A DNA stretch of 37,433 nucleotides, from NCBI RefSeq assembly GCF_001194135.2, contig NC_068990.1, positions 80,652,069 to 80,689,501 on the forward strand. Reading direction: 5' to 3'. Below, piece by piece: positions 11,230-22,380 of this stretch. The stretch's first letter is position 1. Each line of letters begins with the position of its first letter. The notes beneath the pieces were generated by a model, which was given only the letters and a program-made list of their open reading frames with translations, was not told where the DNA came from and did not search any database. The translations under genes and the position numbers were made by a program. The DNA is from Octopus bimaculoides (Eukaryota).

Positions 11230-11945
11230 TTCCATGCAAAAGTAACGTCCAATCATTGAAACTTTGAAGAAGGTGTTTAGCTGATCCGACACAAACGGAA
11301 CGTCACGGGTTCTTTTACAGAGACGCCCCATTGAAAAGAGGAATGTACAAAGAAGACGAAAAACTTTAAAGGCGGGGAGCCAGAACTGAAGACAAACTAG
11401 GCATTAGGAGACCATCAACTACGACAATAGTCACGAAATGCCGGTTTGTGAACCGATTGAAATGCGCGAGCAGACGAATTACAATGCGTGAGGTTGTTGC
11501 AGATATGGTTTGTAATCACAAAACATTATGGAAAATGGTAGAACATTTTGGGTATCGGGACGTGGATGCCAAGTGGATGGATACCTCGGTAGTCGAGGCT
11601 CGGTTTCTTGCAGAACATGTAGAAGTCTCGTCTTATATGCTGATAGGCAAGAAGCCAACGAACACATGTTTATTTCCTTTCGATACGATAACAGAAGATG
11701 AAAGGTGACCGTAATTTATGATCCGAGAACGAAGGCTCAGATCATGGAATGACGACATAACTGTACTCTAAAGGCTAAGGACTTCAATTCTCAGCGTTCA
11801 CCATTTAATTTCTTGGTGAAATTGTTAGGGGTTATGAATGGCGACGACTTTCTCGATGTTGTTGCATGCAGTTGTGTCGTGAATAACGCGCTCTACATTA
11901 CGACACTAAACATGCTTAGAGAAGCTATTAGGAGAGACTGAACAG
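11230..11945 (+). mobile_element. Mariner-family transposase relic (HTH region to the first half of the catalytic domain)
   Basis: ORF 11448-11708 reads RRITMREV..EHFGYRDVDAKWM..VEVS..TITEDER*, resembling DRRITxREI..LGxRKVxARWVP..IVTGDETW. Frame 11717-11941 reads YDPRTKAQIME*RH..KDF..DDFL..VNNALY..LREAIRR, resembling YDPETKxQSMEWRH..VDFL..INxxYY..LRxAI. The left boundary is approximate. Confidence 0.8.
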
Positions 11946-13499
11946 GAATCTGAAAATTATCCACCTATCAGTAAACCGGTCAGCGACCACACAATTTAGA
12001 AAATGAAAAGTATTTGTGAAATAGAAACGTTTACAATGGGATTAAGAGAGAAATGACTAAAAGTGAATTATGTAACGAAACTTACACAAACGGGGAAATA
12101 ACTCTGTGCATTTTAAAAATGGACAAATTTTCAAAGAGAAGCAAACAAAAGAGCAACTGTTAAATTAGGACAAAACTCCAACCAAAATGAGAGAGAAATT
12201 GTGTGTGCGTGCGTGCGTATGTGTGTGGGTGTGTGTGTGTGTGTGCGAATATGCGTTGTCCACGTTATCGGTATCAAACATTCCACATGTAGAGAAGTAT
12301 TCAGCATAATTACGTTCACACTTCGATGATGCCTCACTTGCAGGTTACATGCACTGAAGTATATATTTAAACAAGAAAACGTTGCGAAAGAAAATAGAAA
12401 AAAACATACAGAGTGGATATATGCTCAAGCAAATATATGTTTACTAAACATAGAAGGAGAAAAACATGTATAGATAAACATATAGAAAGCAAATGTATGT
12501 TTCTGAATATACATACATACATACATACAAACATTCATACACACATGAATATATATGAATATATTTATATATATATACACATTTATATACCTATACATGC
12601 ATGTATATACCTATATACCCATAGAGAGAGAGAAAGTGAGTGAGAGAGGAACTGAAATATAGAAGAGACGAATGTATATATACTACTGTATCATTTTAGT
12701 CTATCAATAAAGGCAAAATGTCGCATAATGTAAAGTTAGATCTCATTACATATGTTTAGCATTTTTACTGTAATTGTTCGGTGAAAACCTTTAAGAGTTT
12801 TCGTGCATTAACATTTGCCTGAGACAGACCCATCAATAAGGTCGGACCACAAAGCCGGGGCACATTTAAAATGAAAACCTATTTTTGTTTTTATAGTCTT
12901 GCTTAAAATTGCTTTATTTCCCCAGATAGCAAACACTATATTAAATAATACAAATTAATAAACTACAAACTTAAGGTATTAGAGCCATTTTATAAGATCG
13001 TTTGTGGCATCTGCACAACATAGCTGTCATTTTAAAACTATCTGAAAACATGGAAAGCATTGCTATGCAAGATATAATATAATTTTTTAGTATTCATAAC
13101 TTGCGGTAAAATGTCGTGGGACCAAAAGCGAGCAATGAATACGTGATTATAAAAATACATTTTCTTCATTAAAACGTTACCTTCAATATTATATCCTATA
13201 ATATAACAGATAAATCGAGAAGACTCTAGAAGAGCGTGTAGAACATAGAAAACTATTACGTTTGAAACCTGAGGAACGGAAACGAACGTTATTTTATATA
13301 AAATATGATCCAAGTGATGCGAGAATAGTCTTTACTTCTGAGTATAGACACACCTTTGTTCGTTAAAATTAATGTCAAAAAAATGCATAATGCTATAAGT
13401 AAGTAGTCTAGTATACCACGTTTAATTAGCAGTTGGACGATATCTGCTAGTGATGTCGTGACTTTGACTAGTTGTAGTACTTTGGTAGTCTACTCGTGT

Positions 13500-14330
13500 T
13501 GTATATTATCAAAAGATATTTGGTAGTGTAGCCACTCCATTGCCGAGTTTCTGCAGCTTTTGTTATAGTTTTTCTTGAATCACTTTTTTAATTTGTAGAT
13601 GTGCTATATAGCCACACACTTCTTTCTTTCTTCCAGTTAGTTTTGAAATTAGGACTTCGTTGCTAGCACAATCCTCCTCTCGAAACAGTTTGGGCGGAAG
13701 TCTTTAGCTTCGATGATTTGGTTATCTGCAGGTAACGAGGAAAGTGATGGTGGTTCACTTGTGGGTACCTTCACTCGTCCCATACAAGGTTGTTAAACTT
13801 CGCCGTTAAATATCGAGATTTGTTAAATAGTTACTTGTAATAAAATATGAGAGAGATTTCCTGATGGATAGTTTTCAGGGCTGTTTCTCGTGCTGGAATG
13901 TCGATTCTTCAAAGGTTTTGTTTAGTATACTTGCAGAATACCAGTTCTAATTCTCCTATCCGTTCAGCATTTACTTGGAATTTAATCTTTTCCTTATTGA
14001 TGTCTAGTAGCTTCTCTTTATGACGTTTTTGCTGATATCGTGTAGTTTTTGAAGCTACAATAGACTGATCTGGGAGTTGTAGCAAGCATCTCTTCAACAC
14101 TTTCCGTATAAACACTTCAGGTTTAAATTTCTACTTTTAGTTCTAATTTAAAAGGTTCCTTTTGTATGAGGGGTTTTAAATTTCTTGTCAAATTTATTGA
14201 CTTTAAAGTTATTGTTATGAACTTGCTGAGGTATATCATCACAACTATTAAAAAAGTTATCGATATTCCTTTGTTTTTTCGAGGAAACAATAATTTGTCA
14301 GCTTTTATACTCTTGCAGGATAACTATTTC
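13500..14330 (-). mobile_element. Highly decayed Penelope-like element RT relic
   Basis: Minus strand gives KADK (about 14300), then FNGEV*Q and LYGTSEGT (13810->13763), resembling FNGxxYxQxxGTxMG, then a weak YIxx motif near 13620. The order matches PLE RTs; there are many stops and frameshifts. Confidence 0.45.
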
Positions 14331-15439
14331 TGCGTAACTATATTTTGCTGTTACCATCGATGGCCTAGTATGGAAGAAGTGGGCTGAATATTACTACTGT
14401 TCAGTTGCATATACATGTTTCTGTGTAGATACTCTCGGAGAAATATTCGTATGTAACCTTATCTTACCTGCATTCTATAGCACAACTGCCCATAATATGG
14501 TATGTTACCTTCGTTTAAGCAGTAGTTCCATACGTCCGAACAGCGGTCCGATCACCATGGTTACCATGCTTATAAGAACTCCCGGTATGTGAAGCTTAAC
14601 CAAGTTAGATGTATTTTGCTGAATACTATTCAACGATATTTCAAAATTCGAGGTATGACATATGAAGTAATCAATCCAATTCACTATGGATCTTAAAGCT
14701 GTAAAAAATAAGTAATATTTCTATTTTGCTTATGGAACTACGTTACTTGATATTAGTTGTTGAGTTCTTTCGTTATTTTTTTCATTCTTTAACACTATAC
14801 TTCTCCCTCAACGCGCTCATCTCACAATCTTTTTGTATTCTTTTTAGCTTTCTTTCTTTCCGGGGTGTTACATTCTCGTTTTCACTGCTATTATCTCTGC
14901 ACTTATCTTTCTTCTCGATCTTATATTATCGTCACACATTCTCTACTCAGTTTGCAAAGTTCAACTGAAGTTTATCCATATAATTTAGAATCATTTTACT
15001 CTGTATCACATTCACGTTAAAGTCCGACATATAAATGACTTCCACTCCCAAACCTTACTCCGTTTTCCACTCCGTCTTGCATTAATGCTTCCTCTTTATA
15101 CTAAATACAAAATATCAATTTCTCAATCTCCTCTTTATGTCACTCAGCAGCATCGTGAACAGTAGTCAATACAGCAGCAACGATAGTAGTTTTGTGGTTG
15201 CTGCTGTTGTTATTGTTGTAGTGGCTTTAGTTTTAATTAGTATCCTATACTTAGCAAACTACACTTATTACGAGTCGAACTTCTGACCAACATACTTTTA
15301 TTTTTATTATCAATCATCATATAGATGTTTTTCGTCGCCTGTCATGGTTTTTATTGTTTTGCGAATATATGTGAGCCTCACTGGTACATAGGTGAGATAG
15401 TCATCTGTTAACACTCGTTACTCGCCTTATCTTGTGTTG

Positions 15440-15860
15440 TGTTCTATTTTAGGGAAGGTATTTCTTTAATTATTTTCCCCACTATGTCAGGCAGTTTGCT
15501 TCAATTCTTTCTGATCGGCTCAAGGCGTCAGAAGTAGCACCACACATGAAGGTCGTATGAGAGTGGTTCATGTGTTTTTTTGGGCGGCTCTTGGGATTAA
15601 GAATGATACAATTTCTTTCCGACATTTTCTGAACTACAACTGGAGATATTCGGATAGTAATTGCTCTCGTAGACTATTATGATTTTACTGACTGAACTTT
15701 CCTCTTCTTTCGACGAAGACACCCCTGATATCACCCTTACTGCTGTATGTGCAGCAACACGGACTTTCGCCTTTGCACGATCAGTGTTTATCTCTGCACT
15801 GAAGCAGACACTGGGTACATATCCAGAACCAGGCATTACCAGTATTGATATGCCCATAGT
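15440..15860 (-). pseudogene. Possible ancient LINE (RTE/L2-like) post-RT fragment
   Basis: Only weak motif echoes (GS..AEIN..KAK; TTLIRP) and locally higher GC. Confidence 0.2.
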
Positions 15861-16289
15861 ATATCAATCACATCGCATATCATTACAGGTCATATCAGCG
15901 TTGATTAGCTCTTCTCATCGTACTATGAATTAACCATGGAGCTACTGGTTTTCCTCTCATATATCTTTCACAGTGACATTCCTGTTTTTGTATCTCATAA
16001 ACTAGTAAACTACCCTAATTATAGAAGAATGATACTTGCAAGAAGAAGTAAACAAAACGACACAAACAGCTAGAAACAACCTAAATATTCTCTCTGATGA
16101 TCAAACAATTATAGATGAACATTAAATAAATAATGCTGAAAACAAATCATGAGACCCGGCAAAAGCTTGAAGAAAATAGCTGAATGGATTAAAACCCAAA
16201 ACATGAATATGAAGAAAAGGAGCGACCTTCCTAAAATTTACAATAGATGAAAAAAATGCTAAAATAATCTTCCTGAAAAAAAAAATCGG

Positions 16290-16740
16290 CTCTGAAATAC
16301 ATTATAGACGAAAAAAGAGATTAACAGCACAATCTTGAATGTTAATAGATATGTCTCTCCCACAAGATCAACATTTCTCCAGAAAGGAATACAAAAAGCT
16401 TTCTCACTATAAAGATCTGCAAATTGGAATCGCAAAAATGTGGAAGCTTAGTACTAGGAAAACACCAGTTGTAATTGGTGCATTGAGAATAATAAAGAAG
16501 AGAGGTGAGAGATATATTAAGCAACTCCCTGGTAACTCCAATCTCTGTGAACTGCAAAAGATAACCTTGATGGGTACAGCCAATATACTACAGAATGAAC
16601 TCTCTATCTAAAGTGGAATAAATGTAGTGGTAATTTTAGAATGCTAAGCAGAACAAAAGTACCCTTGCTACTCTTCGCCTCCGGAGGATGTCCGGTACTA
16701 AGTCAGCTGAAATAAAGCTATAATGAAATAAACCATAAAT
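16290..16740 (+). mobile_element. R4/Dong-type (RLE-clade) LINE 3' fragment: endonuclease C-terminus plus 3' flank
   Basis: ORF 16339-16611 reads LIDMSLP..KEYKKLSHYKDLQIGIAKMW..PVVIGAL..LPG..LQKITLMGTANIL, which parallels 32436-32720. It ends in (ATG)/(AAT)n. Confidence 0.85.
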
Positions 16741-16795
16741 GATGATGATGATGACGATAATAATAAAAATGATAATAATAATAATAATAATAATG

Positions 16796-16863
<68 letters not shown>
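16740..16863. repeat. (ATG)n then (AAT)n microsatellite
   Basis: Directly visible. Confidence 0.97.
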
Positions 16864-16864
<1 letters not shown>

Positions 16865-17754
16865 TGTTTGAGGTCCTTGTTGTGACTTGACAGACGACTA
16901 AAGACTCCGGTGCATAATTGTCGATCAAAAGAAATAATAATTGTCCAACAAAAGAACGTTAATAAACTTAATGGTAGCAACAACATTAATAAAATCAACA
17001 ATAATTTTAGTGATAAAAATGACTTCTAAAAGTTGCTAAATTTATTTCAAAAATTCTTTAACATATGCTCTGGAATATGCTACAGACAAATAAGAGTATC
17101 TGTATGTGAGTGCTTGTAAATAGTGTGTTCAAATGAGTCTGTGAACATGTGTATGTGTGTGTTGCATTTCACTCCAATAATATGTATTTTAGGGAATTCT
17201 CATTACAGACTAATACACACTATCCAGATTAATCGCGAAAGTAAATTCATGAGATACGTCCTTGTCATTCATGCATTCTGTAATCGCTGTTCTACGATAT
17301 TTATCAGGCAAAGTTCAACAGTATTGAAATCGGATTATGAAACAAAATAAATACAGTAAAAAAAGCCTCGACAAAACTGAATGAAATAATATAAAAGTAT
17401 ATATTTTAATTAAAATGAAAATCCATACAATACAAATTGCTTCCTACTGCTTGTGGTGGGGATTGAGGCAGTCTATTGGATGTTCTTGATTTATTTTTAC
17501 AATTAAAATTTCCATCTTTCGAAATTGATTATCATAAGTGATTAATTAAAAACAAAATTATTTTCTCACGTCTCAAACAATAATTTTCCAGAAGTTAGGC
17601 GTTGTTCTAGAGTTAACATAGCTGTGATTGCAGACACACACACAAAAATAATGAGCAAACAGAAATACCAATAAAAAGCCAGGTAAAAGTGTTGGGAAAA
17701 TGGGTAAAACATGTATACACATGCTCGAACACATATTTAATACCATATACATAT

Positions 17755-17868
17755 GTGTATACATGCATACATACATACATACATACATACATACATACAT
17801 ACATACATACAGACAAACATACATACATACATACATACATAAATACGTACACATGTATATACATACAT
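17755..17868. repeat. (CATA)n tetranucleotide microsatellite
   Basis: Directly visible. Confidence 0.96.
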
Positions 17869-17880
17869 AATATTAGTTTA

Positions 17881-18380
17881 TTCTTTTATCTTTAATTGTT
17901 TCGGTCATTTGACTGTGGCCATGCTGGAGCACCACCTTTAGTCGGAGATATCGACCCCAGGACTCATTCTTTGTAAGCCTAGTACTTATCCTATCGGTTC
18001 TTTTGCCGAACCGCTAAGTTACGGGGACGTAAACATATCAACATCGGTTGTCAAGCGATGATGGGGGACAAACACAGACACAAAGCCACACACACATATA
18101 TACATACTCACACTAACACACACATGCACACACACACACATAAAATAATTAAGATTCAGTTGAATTAAGTACTAAAATTGAGGCACCAAGCCAGTTCGGT
18201 ATAATCCGCGCAGCTCGAAGTTAGGTGAATAAAAAGCAAATAAGTAAAAAAACTATGCATCGATACCTGGACAACTTTGTTACCGACTTGCTTTATATAT
18301 GAGTTTCTTTCAGTTTCCGTAAACCAAATCCACTCAGAAGGCTTTGGTAAGCCCGGGGCTATAACAGAAAGCATTTGCCC
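17881..18380 (-). mobile_element. SINE family A, head-truncated, interrupted by about 150 bp of unrelated sequence (18141-18290) at its internal microsatellite
   Basis: 17881-18140 and 18292-18380 are both colinear with the copy at 27229-27570. Confidence 0.88.
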
Positions 18381-18545
18381 TACCACAAAAAACAACAGAC
18401 GAAGACAAGAGGTGTCGAAAACAAACAGATGTATTAGTATAACGCTCGAGAATTGAAGAAGTCTTTAACGTTTCGAGCCTAAGCTCTTCCACAGAAAGGA
18501 ACACAGAGAGAAATAAGGAGAGAAAAAAATGTGTGTAGTGGTTAG
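18381..18545 (-). mobile_element. Interspersed repeat carrying a hammerhead-like motif (possibly Penelope-terminal-repeat or retrozyme-like)
   Basis: Shares about 75 bp with 9916-9995 and contains the motif at 18463-18498. Confidence 0.6.
18463..18498 (-). ncRNA. Minimal type-I hammerhead-like motif with an A6U substitution
   Basis: Minus strand: CUUU-CUGUGGA-A-GAGC-UUAG-GCUC-GAAA-CGU-U-AAAG, giving 4-bp stem I, 4-bp stem II, ACGU palindromic stem III and a GUU triplet. Confidence 0.55.
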
Positions 18546-18559
18546 CAATCTATCATGTA

Positions 18560-18785
18560 TATGCATATGTCTGTGTGTCTGTGTTTGACCACCCAATTTC
18601 CCTTGACAACCGATGATGGTGTGTTTACGTCCCTGTAACTTAGCGGTTAGGTAAGAGAGACCGATAAAATAAGTACTACGCTTAGAAAGCATATGTCCTG
18701 GGGTTGATTTGTTCGACTAAAGGTGGTGCTTCAGCATGGCCGCAATGAAATGACTGAAACAAATAAAGGAATAAAAGAAAAAAAG
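18560..18785 (+). mobile_element. SINE family A, 3' half with stem-loop and (taaaaga)-like tail
   Basis: Reverse complement of 17885-18085, roughly 80% identical by eye. Confidence 0.9.
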
Positions 18786-19439
18786 AAAAGAAAGCCAAAG
18801 CAGTGATGGCGCGAAGTAGCTGCGTCAACAGTTTCTTCCATTGAAGTTGATATTTTGTGTTTAAGATATATTGCTCAGGAACGAAATGTGTATTCTGTTG
18901 TTATGAAACTAAACACACACTTATGGATGAGTAACTTTTTTTTCTGTGGCCGGAGATGTTTTCTGGGTTGATAAAAGTTTGGAAGAATCAGAAATTGTTC
19001 AAATTTCGATACCCTAAGTTTAGATATGTATATATGAATGTGGGTTCAATTTCATAGTGAGGTTATATGTTACACACACACATTTGTGTGTGTGTAAGTG
19101 TGTGTGCGTGTTCACATATAATTATATGTGTATATAACAACTGAATAATTGAATTAGTCTAATACACACTCTTTTGGTAAGATATTATTTTCCTGACAAA
19201 GTAGCAAGCGGTTTGCCGACAGGAGGGCTGTCAAGGTATTATATTTTTCGCTTACATTGTATTAGTCTGTGTTCCTACCTCTTGTTCTAGAAAAGGAGAA
19301 AAGAATTACAGAGGTTAAGTATTCGGGGACTATCAATTCTGAAAACTTTCCAATATCAAGCAGTCACTGATTGTACTGTTATATTAAACACCAATAACCT
19401 TGTATCATACTGGTAATGCTATTATATCTCTAGCTTCTC

Positions 19440-20870
19440 TTTCTTATTTGTTGATATATTCATTGATTTGAATATTTTTTTGTTCAAATGTTTCCCGTGT
19501 GTCATTGGATTTAATTGCCTGTGTATCTTCCAGTTTTATATATTTTGTAATATTTCGAAGTATTATTTTGTTATTTAAATTAATAGTACAGATGATTCTA
19601 GTTTCCCCGGTTTATATTTAATATAAGCAATGCTTTTAAACAATATTTAGCTCAGGTTCTTTTAATATTCTTATATATTTTATTTTGGTATTATTTGACA
19701 CTTATTTTGTTCATATTCGATCAGTGCCTCTCTATGATACTAAGTAAACATCAGGTCTATTTTCTCTACCTCTTTTATGGGCTTGTGTATAAATCATTAA
19801 TCTATATCTGAAACAGTGAACTATCATGGCTACTGTAAAGCATTTTATTTTGATAATTCACGTTTTAAATGGCATCTATTTAGGGAGCAAAAATCATTGA
19901 AAGCGTATCTCCCTTTGGGAGTTGGTAGGATCGTTAAAGCGTAAACAGACGCCATACTACATTTTTTCTAGTTCTTTAGGTTTTCAATTCATATGTCACC
20001 AAGTTTGATAAAATAAATTACCAGTTAAATACTGGGTTCCATAATATCGACTAACACTTTCCCTCCAAAGTAGCTTTCCTTAAGCCTTAGCTGGAAAAGA
20101 AAATAATTTCCTGTTGATATTGGTTCATCAACATCTTGGGTAGGTGTTCCAATTGAAAGATCTTTATTGATTTTCTAATGGTCATTCCTTATTCTATTGT
20201 CCCTCTTTAATTTTCTTTGTTATTTACTGATTATTCTATTGTGTACATTTTCAATTTGCTTGTTGGTAGGTATAGAGTAAACAGTATAATTTGGTTGATG
20301 TTGATAACTTGCACGCTTGTATGTTGAGATGAAGACTGCGCAGGAGAATCTAGAACAGGACACGATTCAGATAGAATTATATATAGTTGCGCGTTTTATC
20401 AAAGGGAAAGAAGCCCAGGTACCTCACCTGCGGTAATGTCGACTACATAAGAGCCTTCTACTTCCAAGAAAAGTCGGATATGAAAAGCGGAACAACTACT
20501 GATAATAGTGCTACAACTACATCATCAGAAACATGTGCAACAACAACATAAACAGCATCAGAGATAATCTCTTAACAGTTACCCGCATAAAACGCCGGAA
20601 GGAATTAACGTAACAAATAACCAAGATAGCCTTACAGGGGTTCCGCCTTATAATTACCAATGCAAGCATTTGAACTCAGAATGGTGAAAACCAGAACAAA
20701 TCCTTAAGTCCTTTCTCGATGTTCTAAATATTATACCTGCTACCCACAAAAATATATTGTCAATATTTCTTCTCAATAGAAATCATCTCAGACGTGAGTT
20801 GTCAATGTATATTTCTTTTAAGTAGCCATGAGAGTTTATAGCTATGGGTGTAGCATATCAACACTCTAGC
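19440..20870 (-). mobile_element. Patchy decayed Penelope-like relic (RT core and GIY-YIG C-terminal end)
   Basis: About 20790->20690 reads LRRNIDNIFLW..FHHSEFK, resembling WxRYIDDIFxIW..NxxHPxIKF. About 19545->19470 reads YKLEDTQAIKSNDTRETFEQ, resembling YKL..RETxEQxFI. The intervening sequence cannot be aligned, so this may be more than one element. Confidence 0.4.
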
Positions 20871-21149
20871 GCACAATAAGCAAGCGGATGTTTTTGCAGT
20901 GGGAGTGTTGAAACTGTAATGAAGGTTTTTCAGCAAGAAGCGCCTCAAACATTTCTTCAACCATCCAGCCTACCGCACGGACAGCAGCAGCTGATGTTCT
21001 TAACGTTTTACCCATTCGCCGTACTTATTGCCTCATCATTTTTACTTAAACTTGTAATATTACCTCATCCATTATTGCTCTCTGTGTCAAGTGAAATCTC
21101 TATTAGGATCGTGAAAATAACCACAACCACCTGATACTAATAATGATCG

Positions 21150-21355
21150 TTTCTACAATAGGCAAAAGGTCTAAACATTTTTGGGGAGCGAGTAACTCGA
21201 TCACATCGACCCCAATACTTGATTGGGGCTTAATCTATCGAAGGGATGAAAGGCAGAGTCGACCTCGGCGGAATTTGAACTCAAAATGTAAAGACGTGCG
21301 AAATACCGCTAAGCATTTTACCCGGCGTGCTAACGTTTCTGCCAACTGGCCACCT
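21150..21355 (-). mobile_element. SINE family B copy
   Basis: ggcagagtcgacctcggcggaatttgaactcaaaatgtaaagacg..aataccgctaagcattttacccggcgtgctaacgtttctgccaa is the reverse complement of 26121-26290. Confidence 0.9.
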
Positions 21356-21899
21356 TGGTAATGATAATAATGATTTTTTTTTTATGATTAGGCACAAGGC
21401 GTGGTAATAATAAGGATGATAATACTCGTTAATTCGGAGGCAGTTTATATATAAATCCCATTTGTAGATTCGTGGTGCCCCTACAAATTTCTGAACTTCC
21501 ATGCAAGTAAAATTTATTGTGCCTAAATATTTTAACTTATTTTGTTTCTTCATTAGAATTCTTTCCATATTTGACAAATGATGTCCTTTCCTTAGCTAAT
21601 TATCAGAACATATTAACAATCTTCAATTTCTTTACTTCAGGAAACAGATTTGTCTTCCATGACACGTAAATATACTTGGAGAAAAATCACGCTTCACGAA
21701 ACTGTAGAATATGTGCAGAGATTTCGAAGTTCCAAGACGGCAGGAGTAGAAGCCATATTCGCTTCATTGATAGATGGCAATTTAAGAATGTCCAGATGAT
21801 TTGCAGCAGGCAAATAGTTAAGAAGAAATATTCTAAGAGTATGCAGAAGGTAATATTTCATCCAAATACAAAATTAATGGTGTATTTCTAATTGTTGCA

Positions 21900-22380
21900 G
21901 TTTGCTTTAGATAAGGTAAATGAATTATACAGATCATTTGGGAGCTGTACACATGTGTAAATTAGTATTGTGATGGAAGATATCGGTATACGTCTCAATA
22001 TATCATAAAGAGCAGACCTTATTCTAAAGAATCTACAGGAAGTATTTAGACTCTTGTTGAATTCTCTCTCATTGAATGCAACGTAGACGTTTATTTAAGT
22101 TGTAAGGCAATATTTAAATGATATTTATGATTCCTGTTCTGGAGATAATACATCTATGGCTAGCAAATTATATACAATGGTGTCTAACACAGAATCCACC
22201 TGCTTAACAAAACAAAAGTAATAAAGTTTATTGTGATATACGTGAGGCACAGATTGTTACCACAGCAAACTTCTATCTTCTCGTTTACCATCGTTACACC
22301 AATTGCAACCTCCACGTACTGTTCTTTTCCCTATCGTCCTTTGTGCTAGGTATGTCTTTCTATATAAAGAAAAGACACTT
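21900..22380 (-). pseudogene. Possible very old LINE RT fragment
   Basis: Only a weak echo of RT domain 4 (EQYVEV..EVCCG..). Confidence 0.2.

Noticed and set aside
20322-20357. Hammerhead-like UGUU-GAGAUGA-A-GACUG-CG-CAGGA-GAAU-CUAG-AACA
   Set aside because: Stem I pairs, but there are two core mismatches, a broken stem II, GAAU instead of GAAA and no NUH triplet. Too degenerate to call.
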